Shown here one piece after another: positions 29,876 through 37,675 of a stretch of DNA of 64,000 bases. Both the position numbers and the translations under genes were made by a program. Location of the stretch: NCBI GenBank assembly GCA_017481595.1, contig JAFUOY010000017.1, forward strand, positions 5,117 to 69,116, written 5' to 3'. Under the pieces are notes generated by a model. It did not search any database, was not told where the DNA came from, and saw only the letters and a program-made list of their open reading frames with translations. This DNA is from Clostridia bacterium. Its GTDB lineage: Bacteria; Bacillota; Clostridia; Oscillospirales; CAG-272. How positions within the stretch are numbered: the stretch's first letter is position 1; each line of letters begins with the position of its first letter.

Positions 29876-32101
29876 TTATCTTGAATTACTCTCTGCCACC
29901 GTTTTTATATTAAGCTCCTTAAGTACCTGATAAAACTCCCGCTCAAGGAGGGGCTCTTTTATATTTCTTACGAAATTTAAGTACATTTTGTCCTTGTAGG
30001 TAATAAGTCCCGTATTGTAGGGAGCCTTTGCCTGTACGCCAAGGACGAAGCCCATTTTCGTAACGTATTTATCTATCTCGGGGGGCAGAGTGCAAACGCC
30101 GAGATTTGAAAGGGCGAAGCAGGATTTCCTTTCTCCTACTGCGTTAAATACCATTTTCATTGCTAAATTCTTTATAAACAGGGGCATAAGCTTGATTATA
30201 AGAGCTTTTTCATCTCCTACGTTCTTCGCTATTCTTGCCCTCATCTGCTTCGGGGTATTCATTATTGCCATCTGGCTCTGAATCAGGGTAGCCGCCTCTT
30301 GTACCGTATATTCTCCGTATCTTGGGTCAATGCCCGGGGTTACGTAAAGAACGAAATTACGCAAGGAGCAGGACGGAAACATCTTACGCAGATTTACGGG
30401 GATAAGTATCTTTAAGGGCTTACGCCTGTTAATATTCCTTACCTTTTTTTCCTGTATTCTTGCCGCCGCAGTCAGCATTATGGCGGAAAACAGAGAGGTT
30501 ACCGTTACCTTCATTTCCTTTGCCATTTTAATAATGTCGGCAGAGTCGAAAATAAAGGTGGTATTGGTTACGTAGCCGTCAAGCTCCCTTGTGCCCGTGA
30601 GCTTAAAGGCGGTGGTGTCGGCTCTCGTTGCCTTGACTCCGCCCGAGTATTTTAAAAAGCTGTCCTCAAGCTCCTCGGGGGTGGGCTCGTCAAGAACGTT
30701 TAATATTCCGTCCCACGGAGTTACGTTTTCCTTGTATTTTTCCTTTACGTACTCGCAAAGGAGGGTCTTTAAAAATATAAGACCGCCGTTTCCGTCCGTC
30801 AGGGCATGGAAAAACTCAACCGCTATGCGCTTTTGGTACACAAGAACACGAAGTGCGCATTTTCGTATGTCGTCAAAGAACATACGGGAGAGGGGGTAGG
30901 GCTTTTCGTCCATTATGTCGGGGGCCTTTGGTATTTCCTCGATATAATACCAGAACATACCGGTTTTCAGCCTTACGGCAATGGAGGGGAATCGTCTTAC
31001 GGTTATATCAAGGGCTCTTTGCAAAGCGTCCTTATCCACGTCCTCCGTAAGAGTTGCGGATAAGCGGAATACGTTTGTCCAGTTTCTTCTTCTTGCGGCG
31101 GGATATATCTTTGCCGCGTTATCAAGGCTCATCCAACGGAGCTTTCTTGCGGGGATCCTTGATTTTACAAACCTTGCTATTCTGTTAAAATCCTCTCTGT
31201 CCTCGTAAAGACAGTAGAGAATATACGCGTGCCATTTTTTCTTGCCGATATAAATATGGGATTCTGCGCCCTGCTTTAAGAGCTTTGCGTGAATACCCAA
31301 AGCGTCATCACGCATTATTTCGTGCTCACCCACAAAAATAATTGATGGGGGCATACCCGTAAGGTCGGCAAAAAGAGGGGATGCCAGGGGGTGCTGCTTA
31401 AGCTCCCTGTCCTTTAAAATATCCTCCTCCGTACTGCGGAATTCTTTATTTCCGTTGGGAGTGTCCTTTCCGTAGATATATCTGTCTGCAAATCTTGTGA
31501 GCCTGCCTATCTTCATAGAAAGATCGTTTCGCTTGTTCTCCTCGTAGCTCTTGCCCGAAACGGTAAGGTCCGTCCAGGGAGAAATAGCGATTATGCCCGC
31601 AGGCATTTTTCTGCCCGCTTCTCTTAATTTAAGACATAAGGAGTAGCATAAGCCTCCGCCTGCGCTCTCTCCCGCAAGTAAAATTTCCTCGGGGGAGTAG
31701 CCAAGGGATAAAAGATGCTCGTAGGCGGTAAGGCAGTCGTCAACTGCGGCAGGGAATATATGCTCGGGAGCAAGACGGTATTCAACCGCAAGCACCTTAA
31801 TGCCCATCTTTGATGCAAGCACCGTGGAAAAGCCCTTTGCATAGGTAATATCACCGCCCGAGTATCCTCCGCCGTGGAGGTAAAGTATTACCCCGCGGGA
31901 AAGCTCGTCTTTAGGGGACACCATTGCCATAGGTAATCCGTTTACCGTAAGATCGGATACGTCAACCTTACTTTTTCCCATTCGTGAAAGAAGCTTACCA
32001 AGGGTAGTCATGCTTTTTCTTTCGTTTTCGGGGGCGGACTCGTTAAAAAGCGGCTTTAAAAGCTTAAAATTCGCTCTTACAAAATTACCCGACAGCTTCA
32101 T
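29876..32101 (-). CDS. HSL-family alpha/beta hydrolase fused to a CoA-dependent acyltransferase (alcohol acetyltransferase-like)
   Basis: HGGG and GESAG in the N-terminal part; LDNAAKIY, HALTDG (HxxxDG), PVNLR in the C-terminal part. Confidence 0.82.
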   Translation of the reverse strand: MKLSGNFVRANFKLLKPLFNESAPENERKSMTTLGKLLSRMGKSKVDVSDLTVNGLPMAMVSPKDELSRGVILYLHGGGYSGGDITYAKGFSTVLASKMGIKVLAVEYRLAPEHIFPAAVDDCLTAYEHLLSLGYSPEEILLAGESAGGGLCYSLCLKLREAGRKMPAGIIAISPWTDLTVSGKSYEENKRNDLSMKIGRLTRFADRYIYGKDTPNGNKEFRSTEEDILKDRELKQHPLASPLFADLTGMPPSIIFVGEHEIMRDDALGIHAKLLKQGAESHIYIGKKKWHAYILYCLYEDREDFNRIARFVKSRIPARKLRWMSLDNAAKIYPAARRRNWTNVFRLSATLTEDVDKDALQRALDITVRRFPSIAVRLKTGMFWYYIEEIPKAPDIMDEKPYPLSRMFFDDIRKCALRVLVYQKRIAVEFFHALTDGNGGLIFLKTLLCEYVKEKYKENVTPWDGILNVLDEPTPEELEDSFLKYSGGVKATRADTTAFKLTGTRELDGYVTNTTFIFDSADIIKMAKEMKVTVTSLFSAIMLTAAARIQEKKVRNINRRKPLKILIPVNLRKMFPSCSLRNFVLYVTPGIDPRYGEYTVQEAATLIQSQMAIMNTPKQMRARIAKNVGDEKALIIKLMPLFIKNLAMKMVFNAVGERKSCFALSNLGVCTLPPEIDKYVTKMGFVLGVQAKAPYNTGLITYKDKMYLNFVRNIKEPLLEREFYQVLKELNIKTVAESNSR

Positions 32102-32296
32102 TTGTCCACCTCCTGTGCATAATTACCTTATTATATCATTGTAACATATTTTTTTATGCTGTGCAAGGCTAAAACATATAATTTAATAATATTTAATAAA
32201 TACGCCCCCCATACCTCCTTATGAAAGTTGACAAAAAGGTATTTTAATGATATACTTAAACGGTAAGAACCAACTCAAAGGAAGGGTAAAGCAGAG

Positions 32297-32899
32297 ATGA
32301 AAAGCGGAATAAAAGGAAAATTACATATAATAATCCCTACCCTGTGTCTGATTTTGGCGCTTTGCGGCATATGCTTGGCAAGCGTATATAGGGTAGAGGG
32401 CAGAAAAATTGCCTATACCTATTCCGTCACCGCGCAGCCCGAGCACGTTTACGCCTGGGGATACGAAATAGAGGACGGAGTGTATACTCCCGTTAAGAAA
32501 AACGCCTATCTCGTACTTCCCGTTACGGAGGAAAAGGAAATTAACGACGTGCGCATAAAATTCAAGTCCCCCGTAAAGAAAAGCTGCGAAATAAAGCTTG
32601 CCTACGCCACCAAGGATTCGGGACTTTCCGACGAAAATACATATAAAAAGACCTTGAATAAGGGCTACGACGAATATTATTCCGTCCTTGACCCAAAGGT
32701 CTATACCATACTTGAATGCTACATTCCCGAGGAATTCGAGCTTGATTCCGTGGTGCTTTCCTACGTTACGGAAAGCGAGCCCGTCGCCGAGATAAAAATC
32801 CGAAAGGATCTACACGTCTACGGCAATATTGCCGTCTTGAGTGCATATTTTGTTTCCCTTGGAGCAATATTTTTCGTAAGAAAGAAAAAGCAAAAATAA
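32297..32899 (+). CDS. Hypothetical protein with N- and C-terminal membrane anchors
   Basis: Host-like codon usage, upstream TTGACA/TATACT promoter, hydrophobic ends. Confidence 0.7.
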   Translation: MKSGIKGKLHIIIPTLCLILALCGICLASVYRVEGRKIAYTYSVTAQPEHVYAWGYEIEDGVYTPVKKNAYLVLPVTEEKEINDVRIKFKSPVKKSCEIKLAYATKDSGLSDENTYKKTLNKGYDEYYSVLDPKVYTILECYIPEEFELDSVVLSYVTESEPVAEIKIRKDLHVYGNIAVLSAYFVSLGAIFFVRKKKQK

Positions 32900-32910
32900 T
32901 GTTTACATAG

Positions 32911-33078
32911 GTAGGGACAGGCGTCCCCGACTGTCCGAGGAAATAAGGGACAAAAGCAAAGCTTTGGTTTAGAAGATAGATATTACGACATAATCGGTAG
33001 GGGAGGGGCTTGCTCCTCCCATATTTTGTGAGAATTGAATTTATGCTGGAACGGACAGTCGGGGACGCCTGTCCCTAC
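32911..33078. repeat. GTAG-type REP cluster (3 units)
   Basis: GTAGGGACAGGCGTCCCCGACTGTCCG with its perfect inverse ending at 33078, plus GTAGGGGAGGGGCTTGCTCCTCCC at 32997. Confidence 0.85.
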
Positions 33079-33130
33079 AAAAAGATAATAAATCTCAAAG
33101 CACCTTGACGTAAGGACTTGCCCAAAAACG

Positions 33131-33159
33131 AAAAACTCCCGACACGTGTCGGGAGTTTT
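33131..33159. terminator. Bidirectional terminator
   Basis: AAAACTCCCGACACGTGTCGGGAGTTTT perfect palindrome. Confidence 0.8.
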
Positions 33160-33176
33160 CTTAATTTATGCCTGTC

Positions 33177-33317
33177 TTATTTAAAGAATCTGATTCTGTT
33201 AAGAGCCACTATAAATCCAATAAGAATGCCCATTACGATAAAGATACCGAGCATACCGAGACCCATATACTTAAACGATTCAAGAAAAGCTTCAAAATTT
33301 ATATTGAATTCAAACAT
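33177..33317 (-). CDS. Small single-TM protein, OadG/gamma-subunit-like (46 aa)
   Basis: Below the ORF-track cutoff: MFEFNINFEAFLESFKYMGLGMLGIFIVMGILIGFIVALNRIRFFK; AAGGCGG RBS; follows the beta subunit gene. Confidence 0.8.
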   Translation of the reverse strand: MFEFNINFEAFLESFKYMGLGMLGIFIVMGILIGFIVALNRIRFFK

Positions 33318-33332
33318 ATTTACCGCCTTTCA

Positions 33333-34454
33333 TTATAAGAAGAAGTTAAGGATAAGACCGCCCGCAATAACTGAGCCGATCTGACCTGATACGTTTGCGC
33401 CAATGGAGTGAACGAGCAAGAAGTTCTGGTTGTCCTCCTCAAGGCCGATTCTGTTTACGATTCTTGCGGACATGGGGAATGCAGAGATACCTGCCGCGCC
33501 AACCATAGGATTGATCTTCTTTCCTTCGGGCAAGAAGAGGTTCATAAGCTTAGCGATCATAATACCGCCGAATGTATCAAAAATAAACGCAATAAGGCCG
33601 AGACCGAGGATGATTACTGTGCCCCAGTTTACAAATGCCTCTGCCTTCATTGTAAAGGCAACGGTGATGCCGAGGAATATTGTAATAAGGTTAGCAAGAA
33701 CCTTTTGCGCTGTTTCAGAAAGGGATTCAAGCACACCGCACTCACGGATAAGGTTACCGAACATAAGGAAGCCTATAAGTGCAACCGCGCCGGGAGCAAG
33801 CATACCTGTGATTATGGTAACGAGAATGGGGAATACTATTCTTGTAAACTTGGAAACGCTTGCAGGTGAATAGGGCATTCTGATACGGCGTTCCTTCTTA
33901 GTTGTACAAAGCTTTATAATAGGAGGCTGTACAACGGGAACAAGAGCCATATAAGAGTACGCCGCAACCGTGATGGGACCTAAAAGATGAGGAGCAAGCT
34001 GAGTTGCAACTACAATGGACGTAGGACCGTCTGCCGCGCCGATAATAGCGATTGATGCCGCTTCCTTGAAGTCAAAGCCTACCAAGGATGCAAGGGAAAG
34101 GGTCATAAAAATACCGAACTGCGCCGCCGCGCCGAAGATCATAAGCTTCGGGTTGGAAAGGATAGGACCAAAGTCTATCATTGCGCCGATACCTATAAAC
34201 AAGATAAGAGGGAATAATTCGTTTGCGATACCTGCTTCGTAAAGAGTTTCAAGTACCTCGGAAACACCGGCAGTACCGGAGTTGTTTGGCAAATTCATAA
34301 GAATAGCGCCAAAGCCCATGGGAAGTAAAAGTGTCGGTTCCATCTTCTTCTTGATAGCAAGGAAGATAAGAACACCGCCGATGACCCACATTACAAGCTG
34401 CTTTAAGAAAAGGTCACCGTCAAGCTCCAAAATGTTTTTGAATAAAGCTTCCAT
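33333..34454 (-). CDS. Na+-translocating decarboxylase beta subunit (OadB/MmdB/GcdB family)
   Basis: EPTLLLPMGFG, IIGAADGPT, AYSYMALVP, GISAFPMSAR, GANVSGQIGS; start MEALF after AAAGGA. Confidence 0.93.
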   Translation of the reverse strand: MEALFKNILELDGDLFLKQLVMWVIGGVLIFLAIKKKMEPTLLLPMGFGAILMNLPNNSGTAGVSEVLETLYEAGIANELFPLILFIGIGAMIDFGPILSNPKLMIFGAAAQFGIFMTLSLASLVGFDFKEAASIAIIGAADGPTSIVVATQLAPHLLGPITVAAYSYMALVPVVQPPIIKLCTTKKERRIRMPYSPASVSKFTRIVFPILVTIITGMLAPGAVALIGFLMFGNLIRECGVLESLSETAQKVLANLITIFLGITVAFTMKAEAFVNWGTVIILGLGLIAFIFDTFGGIMIAKLMNLFLPEGKKINPMVGAAGISAFPMSARIVNRIGLEEDNQNFLLVHSIGANVSGQIGSVIAGGLILNFFL

Positions 34455-34483
34455 AAAAATTCCTTTCTTTTTCAATTTATAAT

Positions 34484-34524
34484 AAAAAGACCCTTAACAA
34501 AAGAAACCTTTTGTTAAAAGTCTT
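34484..34524 (-). terminator. Riboswitch expression-platform terminator
   Basis: Minus strand AAGACTTTTAACAAAAG-GTTT-CTTTTGTTAAGGGTCTT-TTT; overlaps the aptamer 3' strand. Confidence 0.82.
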
Positions 34525-34615
34525 GTTATAAACTTAAGTAAAGCTTATGATAGCCCCGGGCAAAAGCCGTATTGACGAGACTACCAACACGCAAGCGTGC
34601 AAACTACTCCCTTTT
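34516..34615 (-). promoter_or_regulatory. yybP-ykoY (Mn2+) riboswitch aptamer
   Basis: Minus strand AAAAG-GGAGTA-GTT...CGTCAATACGG...CCGG...AAC-AAGA-CTTTT: the L1 GGAGUA/AAGA and L3 CAAUA hallmarks. Confidence 0.85.
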
Positions 34616-34807
34616 AAAAATATTCAGTTTTGATAAAGAGCCATATATATTATACAATAATCTTTAGTGATTTGTCAACAATATTTTTTAAACTTATCCT
34701 TTATATGAACTTGACAAATAGAAATATTAGTGATAAAATATTTTTTACCACCCTATTATTTTTGATAATAATATTATTGTTTTAATAAATGTATCCGGAG
34801 GCTATAA

Positions 34808-35644
34808 ATGGACAACAAAATTATAGAACTTCAAAAAATTGCAACAGATATAAGACTTGGCGCCGTTGAGGCTGTGTTCAACGGTAAAAGCGGACACCCT
34901 GGCGGAGCTCTTTCCTCTGCGGACATCCTTGCTTGTCTTTACTTTTCTGAAATGAACGTGGACCCCAAAAACCCCACGGATCCCGACAGAGACCGCTTCG
35001 TGCTTTCAAAGGGACATTCCTGCCCCGGTCTTTACGCGGCTCTTGCTTGTAAGGGCTATTTTGACAAAAAGGAGCTTAAAAGCTTCCGTCATCTCGGCTC
35101 CGTTATGCAGGGTCACCCCGATATGAAGGCGATATGCGGCGTTGATATGTCTGCGGGCTCCCTTGGACAGGGCTTTTCCGCAGCCTGCGGTATGGCGCTT
35201 GCGGCAAAGATAAACGGCAAGGATTACCGTACTTACGTTTTGGTTGGTGACGGTGAGAGCCAGGAGGGTCAGATCTGGGAGGCTACTATGTTTGCCGCTC
35301 ATTACAAGCTTGATAACCTTTGTCTTATTATTGACAATAACGGCTTGCAGATAGACGGTAAAGTAGCTGACGTTATGAATACTATGCCCTATGATACTAA
35401 ATTTGCGGCATTCGGCTGGAACGTAATTTCCGTTGACGGCCACAATATTGAAGAAATTCTCAGCGCATTTGACGCTGCCAAGACCGTAAAGGGTAAGCCC
35501 ACCGTAATAATTGCAAAAACGGTTAAGGGTAAGGGCGTTTCCTTTATGGAGGATCAGGCAGGCTGGCACGGTAAGGCTCCCAATGCGGAGCAGTACGAGC
35601 AGGCTGTAAAAGAGCTTGAGGATTATAAAAACGAGTTGAAGTGA
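34808..35644 (+). CDS. Transketolase, N-terminal (TPP-binding) subunit
   Basis: SGHPGG, LSKGH, QGHP, GSLGQG, GDGE..EG, WHGKAP. Confidence 0.94.
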   Translation: MDNKIIELQKIATDIRLGAVEAVFNGKSGHPGGALSSADILACLYFSEMNVDPKNPTDPDRDRFVLSKGHSCPGLYAALACKGYFDKKELKSFRHLGSVMQGHPDMKAICGVDMSAGSLGQGFSAACGMALAAKINGKDYRTYVLVGDGESQEGQIWEATMFAAHYKLDNLCLIIDNNGLQIDGKVADVMNTMPYDTKFAAFGWNVISVDGHNIEEILSAFDAAKTVKGKPTVIIAKTVKGKGVSFMEDQAGWHGKAPNAEQYEQAVKELEDYKNELK

Positions 35645-35654
35645 GGATATAGAT

Positions 35655-36599
35655 ATGGGAGATAAGATTGCAACAAGAGAAGCGTACGGTAACGCCCTTG
35701 CGGAGTTTGGCGCTTTGAATAATGACGTTGTCGTATTGGATGCCGATCTTGCAGAGGCTACAAAGACGGTAATGTTTAAGAAAAAATTCCCCGAGAGATT
35801 TTTTGACTGCGGTATTGCCGAAAACAATATGATGGGCGTTGCGGCAGGTCTTGCAACAGCGGGTAAGATCCCCTTTGCCAGCACCTTTGCTATGTTTGCC
35901 GCAGGCAGAAGCTTTGAGCAGGTAAGAAACTCCATCGGCTACCCTCATTTGAACGTTAAGATCGGCGCAACTCACGCAGGCATCACCGTTGGTGAGGACG
36001 GCGCTACGCATCAGTGTAACGAGGATATTGCCCTTATGCGTACTATTCCCGGTATGGTTATTATCAACCCCTCCGACGCAGTAGAGGCAAGATGCGCAGT
36101 AGAGGCGGCTATCAAGCACGTAGGCCCCGTATATATGCGTTTTGGCAGACTTGCGGTTTCCGTTATCAATAACACCCCCGACTACAAATTTGAGCTTGGT
36201 AAGGGTATTTATATGGCAGACGGTAACGACGTAACCATCGTTGCTACGGGTATAATGGTAGAGCAGGCTCTTATCGCAAGAGAAATGCTCCTTTCCGAGG
36301 GTATTTCCGCTGCGGTTATCAATATTCACACCATCAAGCCCCTTGATAAGGAGATCCTTATTTCCGCGGCTCAGCAGACGGGCGCTATCGTAACTACAGA
36401 GGAGCATAGCGTAATCGGCGGTCTTGGAAGCGCAGTTTGTGAAACTCTTGCAGGCGTTTGCCCCGTTCCCGTTGTTCGCCACGGTGTAGATGACGCTTAC
36501 GGTAAGTCAGGCCCCGCAAAGGAGCTTCTTGAATACTATCAGCTTAACGCGGCAGGTATTGTGGAGAAGGTTAAGTTAGCGCTTTCTATGAAAATCTAA
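35655..36599 (+). CDS. Transketolase, C-terminal subunit
   Basis: ATREAYG, GIAENN, GEDGATHQ, EEHSVIGGLG. Confidence 0.94.
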   Translation: MGDKIATREAYGNALAEFGALNNDVVVLDADLAEATKTVMFKKKFPERFFDCGIAENNMMGVAAGLATAGKIPFASTFAMFAAGRSFEQVRNSIGYPHLNVKIGATHAGITVGEDGATHQCNEDIALMRTIPGMVIINPSDAVEARCAVEAAIKHVGPVYMRFGRLAVSVINNTPDYKFELGKGIYMADGNDVTIVATGIMVEQALIAREMLLSEGISAAVINIHTIKPLDKEILISAAQQTGAIVTTEEHSVIGGLGSAVCETLAGVCPVPVVRHGVDDAYGKSGPAKELLEYYQLNAAGIVEKVKLALSMKI

Positions 36600-36606
36600 G
36601 TAAATT

Positions 36607-36861
36607 CAAAATGCAAAATGCAAAATGCAAAATTAAAAAAGCGACACAGGGTGTCGCTTTTTTGTTAAGTAGCCTTCCCTTGCGAGGGATGCCCAGGCCA
36701 GCCTCTCTTGACGCTCTGCGTCAATTCACCTTCAGGTGGATGCGAAGCAGACGGATGAGTAGTAGTTAAATTGGTTAATAAGATAATTATTACTTCCTGA
36801 TAATTCTGCATTTGCGACGGACGTAGTCCTAGTCCCTGTGGGACATTCTGCATTCTGCATT
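36607..36861. repeat. Composite: inverted heptamer tracts flanking a terminator and a family-1 REP with a 44-nt insert
   Basis: (CAAAATG)n at 36607-36633; terminator 36635-36663; REP 36671-36759; (ATTCTGC)n at 36803-36861. Confidence 0.8.
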
Positions 36862-37580
36862 TAAATAATTTCGTTTGCCAATTTTTTAAGCTTGGCGCAA
36901 ATTGCGGAATCGGTTTCTTCAGGCTCGTATTCGACCTTGGTTACGTCATTGCCCGTAAAGAATTTGTAAAGGGTAAGACCTGCCAAATATCTTCCGTAAT
37001 CGAGGGTGAGATGGAAGCCGTCGCGGTTTAAGGACATACCGCCGGATGATACGTCAAACTCGGGAAGGTCGCGTCCCTTTTCAATGGCATCCCCCGAGGG
37101 AATAATGGGTAGACCGTATTTTTCAGCCACGTCGGACGTGGTTTTCACAATGGCGTTGTACATTGTCTTTCTGTCCCAATTATAATTTGCAAATCCGCCG
37201 TGGGTGCTGTCGTCGGAATAAGCCCACGTTCTGTGGAAAACTATCTTTGCCTTGGGACATTTTTCCTTTATGTAATTTACTAAAAATTCGGTATAAGGCT
37301 CGTAGCTGTCGGGCATACCTGAAAGCTGACTTACCTGTTGTATCGACACGTAGTCCCACTTTTTCTTCAAAAGCGCGTCGTTTATAGACGTCATTTTAAG
37401 CTTTCTGCCGTTTTTCTGATATTCGTAGTAGGCGTTTGCTTCCTTTACGTTGTTAACGTGGGTTTCAAGGGAGCATCCTCCGATATAGAGATTTCTTACA
37501 AAGATCTCGTCGTTTGATATCTGATGAAGATATCTTGTGGCATCCTGTGAAAAACTGTTACCGATAAATAATACGTTCAT
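36861..37580 (-). CDS. SGNH-hydrolase-like protein (DUF4886-like)
   Basis: FIGNSFS, LYIGGCSL, QQVS, TWAY, RDGFH. Confidence 0.82.
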   Translation of the reverse strand: MNVLFIGNSFSQDATRYLHQISNDEIFVRNLYIGGCSLETHVNNVKEANAYYEYQKNGRKLKMTSINDALLKKKWDYVSIQQVSQLSGMPDSYEPYTEFLVNYIKEKCPKAKIVFHRTWAYSDDSTHGGFANYNWDRKTMYNAIVKTTSDVAEKYGLPIIPSGDAIEKGRDLPEFDVSSGGMSLNRDGFHLTLDYGRYLAGLTLYKFFTGNDVTKVEYEPEETDSAICAKLKKLANEII

Positions 37581-37675
37581 AGCGCGTCCTCTTTTAATTT
37601 ACTTGATGTATCAATTTTATCACCAATAGATAAAAAAGTCAACATAAAAAGCCGACAAGAGTCGGCTTTTTATTC

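Noticed and set aside
35006-36482. Long antisense ORFs (e.g. 35006-35935, 35544-36482, 10238-11122, 63032-63970, 69-686)
   Set aside because: They are shadows of well-supported genes on the opposite strand, caused by codon bias.
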